From the IMG/VR virus record IMGVR_UViG_3300018405_000011: a stretch of DNA of 64,000 nt; one strand, 5' to 3'. Below the pieces are notes generated by a model. The model had not been told where the DNA came from and made no database searches. It saw only the letters and a program-made list of their open reading frames with translations. Position numbers and translations under genes: made by a program. Position 1 is the stretch's first letter. Each line of letters opens with the position of its first letter. This document shows positions 1 to 10,493 of the stretch, piece after piece. The stretch is from a virus. Taxonomy: Duplodnaviria; Caudoviricetes.

Positions 1-1845
1 TTGCTGGTTTTCGCGCTGACCTTTAGCAAGCTCTTTCTGGATGCGCGCCCCAGATAGATTGCGCTGACTTAGATTCCCTTTAGATTGGTTAATCATGGAA
101 AGGATTTCTGAGGTAACTGCTTCGTCCCCATAATCCATCTCTTTTAGGCTTTCTATGTTAAACGCTTTTCCTTTTTGAGACTGTCCCAGTAATACGGCAC
201 GTAAAGCCTCATCCGCTTCCGGTGAAAGCTCTACTCCAGACCCTACGCCTAGTAATCTTACCAGGGCATCGGCGTAACGATTACGGCTACGCGTATCATC
301 ACCGAATATAGTTTTCTGGAGCTGTTGCTTAGCTTCACTTTCACGGACAATACCACCTTCCTCGAAGGAGTACATTTGACGTTCAGCGCTTTGCCCTGTT
401 CGGATTTGTTCGAGTTCCTGTAACTGTCTAGATAAGAAGGAAGGGATAATGTCAACCAAACTGCGGCGTTCTAGTTCACTCCATGTAACTGGGGCGGCTA
501 ACTCATCCAACTTAGGCTGGTCTATCTGTAGCCCTTTAACGGTATTACGAGGAATGATATCCCGTAGCCCATCCTTAATAAAGGACGCATCTAACGCCCC
601 TAAGGCAGGTACCTTATCCAGTATGCTCTGTGGAAGAACCTTACCATCCCAGTTACGTAACTCCTCGTTAAAGATAGAAGGGAAGTTTTCGAACAAATAC
701 ATGAGTTCATTAGACTTCGTCTTTAACGAGGGAGAGCGCTCTATGTACTTTCTAAGCTTATTACCGATACCTTTACTTAACTTAACCCCTACGGTACTCT
801 GTAGCACATCACCGGCTAGCGAACCCCCTAGACGAAGTTTTTCTTCTAAAGACATGTCACCTAAGTCTAAGCCATCGGAAGAAATAATGTCCGTGATAGT
901 GCCCATGTTCGTTGCTAAATCTTGAACAAAGCCATCGATTTTCTTACGGATGTTTTCTTTGGTTTTACCCAGAAACTTATCCTGATACTCTTCGATAGTA
1001 TCCCCTACATTACCATAGAGCCTTTGTTTCTGAGACTGCATAAACCCTTCAGTCGTCTGGATTTTTACAGCTTCAGGTAATGCAGTGTTATGAACAATAG
1101 ACGCTAGTTGTGCATCTACGTCACGGGAATGCCCTGTAAAGATACGCAATAGGTCACGCTGAGCAAAGTATTGTAAATGTTGAAGCTCGAGTGATTTCTG
1201 TTGCCATTTAAAGTTGACAGTGTCATTATAGCCGACGAGTCGACTGACTTGGTCAAGTACCAGACGTGTCGATTCTAAAGAGCTGCTATTAAACAAGTCC
1301 GCTTTAGCTTCTACCGCGGCTGCACGTTCGCCACTCAGTGCGTTCTGTTCGACAAGAGCACGCTGTGCCCCAAATACCGATTTAAGGGTACTGTCGATTA
1401 ATAGACGGTCGGCACTATAAGCACCTTTTGCTTCTGGTATGGTTTCTTCATCTGGGCTCCAGCTTTTTAGAAGATCTTTTATCTTCCCATCGACTAAGTC
1501 TGGTAAACTGTCGGCCTTTTTTGCAATGGCTTTTCTAAGGTCTTTTAGTGGTTTTTCTAGCTGCTTCATCGAACCATTGTATAGGTCCATAAAGAAAGCT
1601 GCGCCTTGGTCGGCTGCGCCTAATGCGCTGCTATACCCTTCTGGCAAAGCATTTTTTGCAATGATGCCAGCATGCTTAGAAACCGTATTCTTTTCAGTTA
1701 TTGAGTCCTTTGCCCCTAGGGCTATTGACTCAATAACTTTTCTTGTTCCCAGCTCTTTGGGCGTCTTTGGTTCACTTGGCTGGCTGTCATCCAGTGAATC
1801 TAAAATAGAATCCAAATCATCCAAATCGAATTTATCGTTTGCCAT
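1..1845 (-). CDS. Large tail-associated protein, phiKZ gp181-like (tape-measure/lytic transglycosylase family), N-terminal part; runs off the window edge
   Basis: Not in the ORF track because it is open-ended. ATG at 1845 is preceded by GGAG on the minus strand. Translation MANDKFDLDDLDS...QQKSLELQHLQYFAQRDLLRIFTG...IVHNTALPEAVK resembles gp181-family N-termini as recalled. Divergent from vRNAP beta', as in phiKZ/SPN3US. Confidence 0.7.
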   Translation of the reverse strand, partial: MANDKFDLDDLDSILDSLDDSQPSEPKTPKELGTRKVIESIALGAKDSITEKNTVSKHAGIIAKNALPEGYSSALGAADQGAAFFMDLYNGSMKQLEKPLKDLRKAIAKKADSLPDLVDGKIKDLLKSWSPDEETIPEAKGAYSADRLLIDSTLKSVFGAQRALVEQNALSGERAAAVEAKADLFNSSSLESTRLVLDQVSRLVGYNDTVNFKWQQKSLELQHLQYFAQRDLLRIFTGHSRDVDAQLASIVHNTALPEAVKIQTTEGFMQSQKQRLYGNVGDTIEEYQDKFLGKTKENIRKKIDGFVQDLATNMGTITDIISSDGLDLGDMSLEEKLRLGGSLAGDVLQSTVGVKLSKGIGNKLRKYIERSPSLKTKSNELMYLFENFPSIFNEELRNWDGKVLPQSILDKVPALGALDASFIKDGLRDIIPRNTVKGLQIDQPKLDELAAPVTWSELERRSLVDIIPSFLSRQLQELEQIRTGQSAERQMYSFEEGGIVRESEAKQQLQKTIFGDDTRSRNRYADALVRLLGVGSGVELSPEADEALRAVLLGQSQKGKAFNIESLKEMDYGDEAVTSEILSMINQSKGNLSQRNLSGARIQKELAKGQRENQQ

Positions 1846-1942
1846 ATGTGTTCTCCGGAGAACAATGATATATTGATGTACGTGCTTTGGGCGTCCCCAA
1901 GGCGCGTATAAGTCTCAAAGGATTTGCCACTAAGGAATCACC

Positions 1943-3391
1943 ATGAAACCGAAATTACTTCCCTTTAACATCAGTTTTGTCAGGGATGTCGATAATACCT
2001 TTGCCGGTCTATTGCCCGTGCAGTCCCTACAGCTCTTCGAAGGAAAGAATGGCGACTTTAACCCACAGGGGTTATACTCTAATGTTATTTTTGGTCGTCA
2101 GGGCGATAGTGCCCGTGAAACCAAAGAATCTTACATTAATCTAAAGGTTCCTATTTTCCATCCCTTATATTTTAAAGAACTGATTGCCTTAAAGCAACTG
2201 TATCTAGACATACTCACACGTCAAGGCTATGCAACCTGGGATGCTGAAGAAAAAGACTTTGTACGCGCTGACATCATGACAGGGGAAACCGGCTTTGCAT
2301 TCTTTACTTCTCATTTTAACGAGATTGAGTTTAAACGCAATAAGTCACAGCGACGTGACCTGCGTATCGACCTGTTAGAGAAATATCGCCATCAGGCTTT
2401 TATTAAGCGTCTCTTTGTCATCCCTGCCGGTATTCGTGATATCGAAATTACAGAAGATGGGCAACCTAAAGAAGAAGACATTAACCCACTGTATCGACGT
2501 GTGATTTCCGTAGCCAATACCATTAACGTGGATTTTGAGCAGCGTAATAGCTCACTCTTAGACGAAGCTAAAGCTAACTTACAGAAAGCCGTTGTAAACA
2601 TCTACGACTACATCTTTAACATGTTAGAAGGTAAGCGAGGGATTCTACAGGGTAAGCTAGCCTCACGTAAAATCATTGGCTCTACACGTAACGTACTTTC
2701 GTCTATGGAAGTGGGTTCGTCTTATCTAGGCGATGAACGCCAGCCCGGTTTAAACACGACGATTATTGGCCTGTTTCAATACATCAAAGGAAACGAAGCC
2801 TATGTTACGGAATACGCATTCCGTAAGCTGTTTCTTTCTGACTTATTTGACGAGTATGAAGACCCGCGTCTGATAGACCGAGAATCACTTAAAGCGGTAG
2901 CTGTCACCCTTTCTGACAAAGCTAGAGAGAAATGGTTAACCAGTGAGGGATTAGAAGGCATCATCAATGGCTTTGCAGATGCCACCCTTAGACATAACCC
3001 AGTTACTATCGACGGTAAGTATTTAAGACTCATCTATAATGACGGAAAACAATATCGGATTATGCAAGACATCCGTGAGTTACCGGAAGGATACGATAAG
3101 GCGTATGTTACCCCGATGTCATGGGCAGAGATGTTCTATTTATTATCTAAAGATAACATTAAAAAGAACATGGCGTTCTGTACCCGGTACCCAGTAACGG
3201 GACTAGGCTCTATTTATGCATCAGAGATTTATGTTAAAACAACAGTCAATGGCTTACTGTTAGAAGAACTGGATGCGGACTTTAACCCTACGGGCAACAA
3301 AGCCCTAGAATTTCCGGATACAAAAAATAAACTGCCTTTCTTTGATACCATGGCGGTTAGCCCATATATGCTAAAGCCATTAGGTGCGGAT
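1943..3391 (+). CDS. Virion RNA polymerase beta'-like subunit (phiKZ gp180-like), exon 1
   Basis: FHP, RRLFVIPAGIRD, GKRGILQGKLASRK and RYPV motifs of beta'. Ends ...PLGAD, the first half of the catalytic ADFDGD motif. Confidence 0.9.
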
Positions 3392-3889
3392 AAAATTAAT
3401 GTAAACCATTAGAAGTCCGCCTGCGCAGTAATGTGCAGTAAATAAACTCCTCTAATTGCGGGAAGTTCTTGTTAGGTCTCAAGTACTCCCTTTACATGGA
3501 AACATCGTAAAGGTTAAAGTTAACGACTTTGGTTTTATAGTGATAATCTTGAGAATAGAGAAAATCGACGCAGCGAAGTTCCTAAGTCTATTAACAGATA
3601 TGGAATGAGTTCAACGACTATCGAAAGCTTAACTCCAGGAGAAATACCCGGAGGGATAATAGCCTAAGGTCAACATGCCTTAGGGGAAGCGAGTAGAGTA
3701 CGCCCACAAGTGAATGGTGGGGCTGTGATGGCTTAAATGGAAATGGGGAGCCCCTATAGCGCGGTAACAGTTCTATAGGGTGATGATATAGTCTCTTCGG
3801 CGAAAGCCCTTCCTGGGGTACTCCAGGTCGTCTAGCGAGAGCTAGAGCTGTATAACAGTAGGTGCGTTACGAGCACCTAGAAGACAAAG
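3392..3889 (+). mobile_element. ORF-less group I intron (498 nt) in the ADFDGD motif of vRNAP beta'
   Basis: 5' exon ends in U (GCGGAT) and pairs 6/6 with IGS GTCCGC (3415-3420), including the U.G wobble. Core elements: P AATTGCGGGAA (3454), Q ATCGACGCAGCGAAG (~3563), R GTTCAACGACTA (3609-3620), S ATGATATAGTCT (3783-3794). Terminal G at 3889; splicing restores GAD|FDGD. Confidence 0.92.
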
Positions 3890-4060
3890 TTTGATGGAGA
3901 TGTACTATCCTGTACACTCATTAATAGTGATGAGGGGGTTGCCGAGGCGAAAGCTAGACTGGCTGCTAAATCTACCTACATCTCGCCTAACGGCGGTTTA
4001 ACGTATAACCTCACAACGGACGTCAGCGACCTTGTGTTAAAAATAATGACGGGTGATTAA
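3890..4060 (+). CDS. Virion RNAP beta'-like subunit, exon 2 (56 aa; spliced product about 539 aa)
   Basis: TTT GAT GGA GAT = FDGD, then VLSCTLINSDEG...KIMTGD and TAA two bases before the next ATG. Confidence 0.9.
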   Translation, partial: FDGDVLSCTLINSDEGVAEAKARLAAKSTYISPNGGLTYNLTTDVSDLVLKIMTGD

Positions 4061-4062
4061 CC

Positions 4063-7000
4063 ATGACACTGATTAATGTCGATAATTTCATGCGACGCTT
4101 AGGGGCAAGGGAGAACCTACTGCTTACTTCAACCCCGCTAGTTGACATGATTAACTTAACGATGCCTAAAGGTACGTTATTGCATTATGTACCATTAAGT
4201 CCTGACGACCGAGGGTTCCGTGCAGACAGTTTACTTGCTGTACACTGGCCTACACGGATTCGCGTTAATCTAATTACAGAAGGGCTTTATCCTAACGGTA
4301 GAACACAGAACATTCAGTTTAACGCAATGAAGTATACTAAAGAGTACTTTAAGCGTCAGCCCGGTTTAAAGCGCAGTCGTAATTTAGAGCGTGACATTAT
4401 GGATGAACGTGACATGGTCGTCTTAGACTATACGTTGATTCCGCGTATGGTGCGCTATGCTCACAGTGTAGATGTGTATCAAAACTTCTGGGCTAACATG
4501 GCAGAAACGGTCATCCAGCAGATTAACCGAGTTAATGGACGTCGCCCACAGTTCATTCAGATTCCTATTGGTGGACATTGGATGACCGAAGCGGAGTTTA
4601 AAGTAAACTTAGAAGGTATCAGCGTTTCACACCGTGAACGACTTAGAGACCCAGCACTTCAATGGGTACTGGAAATCTACCGCATGTTAAAAGGGGCACC
4701 GAGCCTCATTGAGAAGATTACATCGGAAGACGTTTACTTTATATTCACCGTGGACACTAAGTCAGTCTTCTTGCCATTATCGGTACTTTATACTTTTGCA
4801 GATACCGATGCGCTTGCCGGGGCTAAGTTTCATGACCTGTTAGAAAAGCTTTTGATGACGCGCACGGTTTCTGACGAAGAAGCGGGGGCGATTTCAAAAG
4901 AAGCCGATACAGAAGATGCAAGTGATGAAGCCGTATCAAAACTGATGCCACCTGCATTACAGCAGCAGCTAGGGGAAATGGTAGAAGTCGGGTTATTAAC
5001 GGCGGCTCAGCAGAAACGCTATGCAAACGCAATTGTTGCTATGGCAGAGATTCCATCTCCGGATGGTAAAACTACTCTGGCTGAGTTTGCTACTGTTACT
5101 CCAGAAGACACGGTCATTGACCCAGACATCAATGTGCCGATTGATACTCCCATAGTACCAGAAAAAGCATTAAAGTCTACAGTCGCGAACATGAAGTCTA
5201 AGTATGTGCGTGAAGTCATGGACAAAGACATCGCTAATGTGTTCCTATCGTTAAACCGAGGCGGGGTTATCTTACGCGACTATAATGTCACTAAAACCGC
5301 AGACGCGTTAGAAGAAACGCAGACGCTGGAGATTACACTCCTGCCGGTGGTAGGGCGTGAAACCACCTTTAAAATAGAACTTCCTGTATTTAATGAAGAC
5401 GGAACGTTTATGGTAGGGGGGATCCGATACAGCATAGATAACCAAAAAACCGACATCCCGATTCGTAAGACAAAATCGAACCAAGCAGGCATTACTTCTT
5501 ACGCGGGTAAAATCTTTATCAATCGAAGTGGGTTAGCTAAGAACGACAGTGACCGATGGTTGCGTAAAGTTATCCGTGAAACTGCCATGAGTACGGCGGA
5601 TGAGCGAGTAACTAGCTTACGTTATGGCACTAACGCCGTACCTAACGTACTGCTGCCAAGAGACTACACTGCACTTATGGTTGACTACAGTGGGTTTAAG
5701 TCTGGTGACCTAACCTTTGACTTTGTATACAGTGGACGCATTGAGCGTTACGGTAAAGAAGTTGTTTCTCGTTTAGAGAAGAAAGGTTCAGTTATCTGCG
5801 GCACCTATAAAGGTGAGCCAATGGTCATGGATGTAAATGGGTTCATTACTGGTAAAGACTTACCTGGACTAGACATCTTAGGTACGCTAGGTGGTAGCTG
5901 GGGTAAACGCCCTGGTGACATTGCTGTCTTTAAGTCGGGTCGACGTGAAGTACCGGTTATTTATTTCATTGCCTACCATTTGGGTTTGGACAAGACTCTA
6001 CGTAAGTTAAAGGTACCTCATCGCTGGGAGACCTTAGACAAACGTTTAAGTCCAGGACTTAATGAAATCGCGGTAAACTTTGCCGATGAACGCATATACA
6101 TTACCGTATCAGACCCGCTACAAGCGATACTGTGGAATGGCTTAGCCGACATGGAGGACATGACGCGGCGCCTTAACAGTGCCGAGTTTAACCGTAAAGA
6201 CGGTTGGATGGCTTCCTTAAGTCATTACGGGGCGAATAAGTGGCATACTGATAACTGGACATTAATGAACGATTTGTTTTTAGACCCTATCACGTTAGAA
6301 GTATTGCGTGACATGAAAGAGCCTGAAAACTTAATTGACTTGTTTATTCGTGCTGCCGACCTGGTTAAGACCAATGATGCCCCTCGTGAATCCGACCCTA
6401 AATACATGCGTATTCGTGGGCTAGAACGTGTATCTGGACTTATCTATCTTGCCATGTACGAAGCTATTGCTGAGCAACGACGTAAGCCTAACGCGCGTAA
6501 TGAACCTATTACCATCGCGCCTACGGAGATATTGCGACGTCTAAATGAAGATGCATCCGTGCAACTTGTGTCTGAGATTAACCCTATCCATGCACTAAAG
6601 GAACAAGAGGCAGTTACCCTATCAGGAACAGGCGGACGTACCGCTCGTACACTGGTAAAACGTAACCGTGTCTTTGACCAAAACGACTTAGGAATTTTAA
6701 GTGAAAGTACCCCGGACTCTGCTAAAGTAGGGATACGTGGGTTCTTAACCCCAAATGCTAAAGTCCAGAGTCTTCGTGGTATGTATGGCGAGTATGATCC
6801 AGATGACGGTTCGAGTTCATTACTATCTACAACCGCATTAACGCTACCTGACATGGACCGTGATGATGGGAAACGCGCCGCTTTAGGGGCAATACAGCAG
6901 TCAGCGGTTGTCCCTACGGTCGGCAGTGAACCCATGCCGTATCGTACTGGATATGACGCTGTTATTGCTTCCCGCCTATCTGACTTCTTTGTCTTTAGGG

Positions 7001-7998
7001 CAAAGCAAGATGGTGAAGTCGTTAAAGTTACCGATAATGTCATTCAGGTAAAATACGAAGACGGGAGTAAGGAAGGTTACCGACTGGGTACAAAACATGG
7101 CGTTGTAGCCGGGGAACTCATCCCTCATAATTACGTTACGGATAAGGTAAAAGGAAGTCGGTTTAAAATAGGATATGTATTGGCCTGGAACAGTGGTTTC
7201 TTTACCCGTGATTTCTTTAACCCAGAAAACGTCATTATGTTGTCGGGTGTACCCGCTGTTGTCGCTCTAAAGGAAGGTAACGATACGTTAGAAGATGGTT
7301 CAGCTATCAGTGATGCCTTTAGAAGAAAACTGATGACTTCAGTTTCTAAGAATAAAGGGATTATGGTTGACTTTGACCAGGAAATTGAAGGATTAGTTTC
7401 AGTAGGGGACGTAGTTGAGTTTGATACTAAACTGGTAACCATTAAGGAAGCGGGTACTTTAGGGTTAGAGAAAACCGATGCGGCTCTATTAGCCCTAAGT
7501 AAACTGTCCAGTCAATCTCCTAAAGCTAAAGTAGGGGGTAAAGTTTCCCGCATTGAAGTCTTCTATATGGGAGACCCTTCCGAAATGAGTCCTTCATTAA
7601 AAGCTTTAGTTGAAGCAGACAATGCTCGACGTGAGAAAGAGGTCAAGGACTTAAATCGAAGCACGGCTGGTAAAACCGGACTCGTACGTAAACCTACGTT
7701 TATCTCAGGTGAAAAACTGGTTCCGGGTAAAGTGATTATCAGTATTTATATTGATATGGAACTGGAGTCGGGCATCGGTGATAAGTCAGTCGTGGCTAAC
7801 CAGCTTAAAACGGTGCATGGGCGTACACTGGAAGGGATTAACCGAACCGAAGACGGGCGAGACATTGACCTGATATTCGGCGCTCAATCAGTGAATAACC
7901 GAATTGTATTATCCTGTATTATCCAAGGGGTAATGAACATGACGGTGCGGAAAAAGAATCAGCTTTTAGCCGAAGCTTATCTGGCAGCAGGGGAGTAA
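4063..7998 (+). CDS. Virion RNA polymerase beta-like subunit (phiKZ gp178-like)
   Basis: 1311 aa with beta motifs SESTPDSAKVG, QQSAVVP...PYRTGYD, GDKSVVANQLK and IDLIFG; directly follows the beta' gene. Confidence 0.87.
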   Translation: MTLINVDNFMRRLGARENLLLTSTPLVDMINLTMPKGTLLHYVPLSPDDRGFRADSLLAVHWPTRIRVNLITEGLYPNGRTQNIQFNAMKYTKEYFKRQPGLKRSRNLERDIMDERDMVVLDYTLIPRMVRYAHSVDVYQNFWANMAETVIQQINRVNGRRPQFIQIPIGGHWMTEAEFKVNLEGISVSHRERLRDPALQWVLEIYRMLKGAPSLIEKITSEDVYFIFTVDTKSVFLPLSVLYTFADTDALAGAKFHDLLEKLLMTRTVSDEEAGAISKEADTEDASDEAVSKLMPPALQQQLGEMVEVGLLTAAQQKRYANAIVAMAEIPSPDGKTTLAEFATVTPEDTVIDPDINVPIDTPIVPEKALKSTVANMKSKYVREVMDKDIANVFLSLNRGGVILRDYNVTKTADALEETQTLEITLLPVVGRETTFKIELPVFNEDGTFMVGGIRYSIDNQKTDIPIRKTKSNQAGITSYAGKIFINRSGLAKNDSDRWLRKVIRETAMSTADERVTSLRYGTNAVPNVLLPRDYTALMVDYSGFKSGDLTFDFVYSGRIERYGKEVVSRLEKKGSVICGTYKGEPMVMDVNGFITGKDLPGLDILGTLGGSWGKRPGDIAVFKSGRREVPVIYFIAYHLGLDKTLRKLKVPHRWETLDKRLSPGLNEIAVNFADERIYITVSDPLQAILWNGLADMEDMTRRLNSAEFNRKDGWMASLSHYGANKWHTDNWTLMNDLFLDPITLEVLRDMKEPENLIDLFIRAADLVKTNDAPRESDPKYMRIRGLERVSGLIYLAMYEAIAEQRRKPNARNEPITIAPTEILRRLNEDASVQLVSEINPIHALKEQEAVTLSGTGGRTARTLVKRNRVFDQNDLGILSESTPDSAKVGIRGFLTPNAKVQSLRGMYGEYDPDDGSSSLLSTTALTLPDMDRDDGKRAALGAIQQSAVVPTVGSEPMPYRTGYDAVIASRLSDFFVFRAKQDGEVVKVTDNVIQVKYEDGSKEGYRLGTKHGVVAGELIPHNYVTDKVKGSRFKIGYVLAWNSGFFTRDFFNPENVIMLSGVPAVVALKEGNDTLEDGSAISDAFRRKLMTSVSKNKGIMVDFDQEIEGLVSVGDVVEFDTKLVTIKEAGTLGLEKTDAALLALSKLSSQSPKAKVGGKVSRIEVFYMGDPSEMSPSLKALVEADNARREKEVKDLNRSTAGKTGLVRKPTFISGEKLVPGKVIISIYIDMELESGIGDKSVVANQLKTVHGRTLEGINRTEDGRDIDLIFGAQSVNNRIVLSCIIQGVMNMTVRKKNQLLAEAYLAAGE

Positions 7999-8113
7999 TC
8001 CCCTGCATTTCCACGAATTAGATGACCCTAAAGTACTTTAAGGGGAAATCTTATTTTTGCATTTTACGCTGCATTGAGCGGCGACTATATTTAAACCACT
8101 GGAGTTTATAGTG

Positions 8114-8287
8114 ATGAAACAGAATCTTCAGAATGTTGCTATCGCCGCGACAACAATTGAAGTTGCAGTAACGGCTATTCGTGACTTAGCCGGGACGAAC
8201 TTAAGTGGCTCCGACATGAAAGACCTTGAGGATATCTATGCTCAAGAACTACACGCCCAGGTAATGGAGGCGGCAAATGCTCAGTAA
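8114..8287 (+). CDS. Small 57-aa protein, below the ORF-track cutoff
   Basis: GGAG RBS; MKQNLQNVAIAATT...QVMEAANAQ; stop overlaps the next start. Same position as a small gene between vRNAP beta and the head gene in SPN3US-like phages (recalled). Confidence 0.55.
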   Translation: MKQNLQNVAIAATTIEVAVTAIRDLAGTNLSGSDMKDLEDIYAQELHAQVMEAANAQ

Positions 8288-9704
8288 TCAAACCATGCAT
8301 GCGGCTACGTCGTTTGCAAACAGCCTAGCGGCTTCTAACATCGCCCTGGATGTACATCGTAATGGCCCGATTGATTTAATCATGGCTACGATGAACCCTA
8401 TTGAAGAAAACCCAAATGATAGTGAAGCTATCATGCAGGCAGCGCGTCCTTTAAATAGTGGTTTTGACCCACACACGGCAGAAGTTCGCCGTGTAGCGAC
8501 TATGCTGGCAGCGCGTGTAGCGGGTAACATTAAACTTGCACGTAATGAAATCAACCCGATGATTCGCGATATTATTGCGACATGTGAAAAGAGAAAGCAC
8601 GAAATCGAAAGTGATTCTCCATTAAACATTCGTATTAAGAATATTGCCGTTTTGCCAACCTTTACTTCTAGTGAACTAGAGGGCATGTACGAGCGCTTTA
8701 AGTTAGGAACGTTCCGTCCGGTGACACTCGGTGGCCCTATCCGTACTAAACTCATCGGGGCAATGACCGATGACCTTTTGTATGAAGGTCTAAAGCGTGG
8801 CAATGATGTTTGGAACACCGGCATTATGCAAGCGCTAAAAGAAGGTCGTGAGTGTTGTGGTTTTACCAATGCCTCTGACTTACTATTACGTGACGCAGAG
8901 TTAGCGTACGGGTCAGTAAAGTGGTTCCATGACCCAACGAACTTAATTAACTTCCTGTTTGTTTCCTCAGTACTCAATGGAAAAATGCCATCGGTTAATA
9001 TCGAAGACTTCTCCATGACTGAACGAGCTGAGCTTGCTAAGCTACAGGCGTATTACGGAAATAAACTGGCGATTCAGATTCGCACAGTGACGGATTTTGC
9101 CGCATCCGGTAACTTTATCTTTGTTGCGGAAAGTACTCGTAAAGAACTCTATGTTTATACGAAGAACTATCTGAAGTGGATTGAAGACGGCGGTAACGCT
9201 GATGCCTTAATCGGTGCAGTAGCTTCTGGTGAAGAAAGTATTGCCGGTGTGTCTTTCAGTATCAAAGATAAGACTGAGCACTACATGAATGTCTATAAGA
9301 CACTGGAGTCTCGCTACCGTGCTAAGCAGCGCATGATTACTACTACCGAAATGAAAGATGTGATTGAGACATCGGTCTATCGCACTATTCATTCTACGCT
9401 ACTGGATGACCAGATGCGTACGGCTGTAGCAAACGCAAAAGCCTTCTTCTCAAAACACCCACTGCAAACAAACGAAGACATTTTGGGCTATACCCGCCGT
9501 GCGGTGTGTCGTACATTTGCAGCGAATACTTCATGTCTAGAAATCTTAAACGACATTGACGCGTTTATGGAAGATAATGAAGGTATGACAATTGAACGTG
9601 CTGCGGTATTAGCCGGTATTCGTCTACTCGCGAAATGGAGTGCAGCGCAATTGAGTGTATGTCGTACTGCGGTGCGTGGGCCTGCGCCTGTCACTTCTCT
9701 TTAA
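8277..9704 (+). CDS. Virion/head protein, phiKZ gp177 / SPN3US gp243-like by synteny
   Basis: 475 aa lying between vRNAP beta and the gp176/protease genes. Confidence 0.5.
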   Translation: MLSNQTMHAATSFANSLAASNIALDVHRNGPIDLIMATMNPIEENPNDSEAIMQAARPLNSGFDPHTAEVRRVATMLAARVAGNIKLARNEINPMIRDIIATCEKRKHEIESDSPLNIRIKNIAVLPTFTSSELEGMYERFKLGTFRPVTLGGPIRTKLIGAMTDDLLYEGLKRGNDVWNTGIMQALKEGRECCGFTNASDLLLRDAELAYGSVKWFHDPTNLINFLFVSSVLNGKMPSVNIEDFSMTERAELAKLQAYYGNKLAIQIRTVTDFAASGNFIFVAESTRKELYVYTKNYLKWIEDGGNADALIGAVASGEESIAGVSFSIKDKTEHYMNVYKTLESRYRAKQRMITTTEMKDVIETSVYRTIHSTLLDDQMRTAVANAKAFFSKHPLQTNEDILGYTRRAVCRTFAANTSCLEILNDIDAFMEDNEGMTIERAAVLAGIRLLAKWSAAQLSVCRTAVRGPAPVTSL

Positions 9705-9721
9705 ACTCAATAACGAATAAG

Positions 9722-9748
9722 ACCTCTCTCTTACGAGGGAGGTTTTTA
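9722..9748 (+). terminator. Intrinsic terminator
   Basis: ACCTCTCTC-TTAC-GAGGGAGGT hairpin followed by a T-run. Confidence 0.6.
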
Positions 9749-9764
9749 TTCCATAGGTTTTCTT

Positions 9765-10490
9765 ATGGACGTAACACAATTAAAACGTGATGCTTCACGT
9801 ATCCATAAAGCCATTCATGTCGATTTAGAAAATCAAGTACTCGTGGCGAAAGAGCGTCTAGAGCTCATGGTACCGGAACACTATTTCAATGGTAAACTAG
9901 GAACAATTGACGAAGACTGGCGGGTCGCAGGCATTGTTGCGTGGATTGTCGATGGACATTATGGAGTATCATTAGTGAACTCCATGATATCATTAAGTCC
10001 TGAAGAAACCACCATTGTTAAAGTGGACGACGTCAACTACTTTCACTTTACTTGGACAACAGGGGCTTTGATTACCAAGAACTTTAACCTACCTCAACAA
10101 AAGTCACTGGTGTTTGAAATCTACGATGAAATCGTGGCAAAAGGGAAACAGCCATGGTATGTAAAGCACTTAGACCGAGCAGAGCTCTTTTACAGTGCGC
10201 CTAAGTTTGCTGGGGTTGACTTACGGTCTTCTCAGTCCATGCAATCCATCTTCTGTTCGTCGTGTATGCGTGACCCTAGAGACCGCAGTAAGCCAGCCCG
10301 TGAAAGCTTCGAGACACAGGACGACTACATGAATGCGGAAATCGACGTCATTCCTTTACGAAGTGTGGCCTTCGGTGCCGATAATGCGGCATCGCGTCTT
10401 CTAGGTTCATACTTAAGCACCGGTGTGGTTTCAGAGCTGGTTAACCCGTCTGAAACTGTCGAAGAAATAGAAACCCTTTTAAGGATGTAA
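9765..10490 (+). CDS. phiKZ gp176 / SPN3US gp244-like small vRNAP-associated subunit
   Basis: 241 aa immediately upstream of the protease; C-terminal SETVEEIETLLR. Assignment rests on recalled synteny. Confidence 0.5.
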   Translation: MDVTQLKRDASRIHKAIHVDLENQVLVAKERLELMVPEHYFNGKLGTIDEDWRVAGIVAWIVDGHYGVSLVNSMISLSPEETTIVKVDDVNYFHFTWTTGALITKNFNLPQQKSLVFEIYDEIVAKGKQPWYVKHLDRAELFYSAPKFAGVDLRSSQSMQSIFCSSCMRDPRDRSKPARESFETQDDYMNAEIDVIPLRSVAFGADNAASRLLGSYLSTGVVSELVNPSETVEEIETLLRM

Positions 10491-10493
10491 ACG

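Noticed and set aside
258-1876. ORF-track entries 258..455, 449..925 and 1439..1876
   Set aside because: They are shadow frames over or opposite the gp181-like gene on the minus strand.
3392-3412. ORF-track C-terminus KINVNH for the 489-aa beta' protein, and likewise KLKYSLLH at 51647-51673
   Set aside because: These are read-through into intron sequence; the real C-termini come from the downstream FDGD exons.
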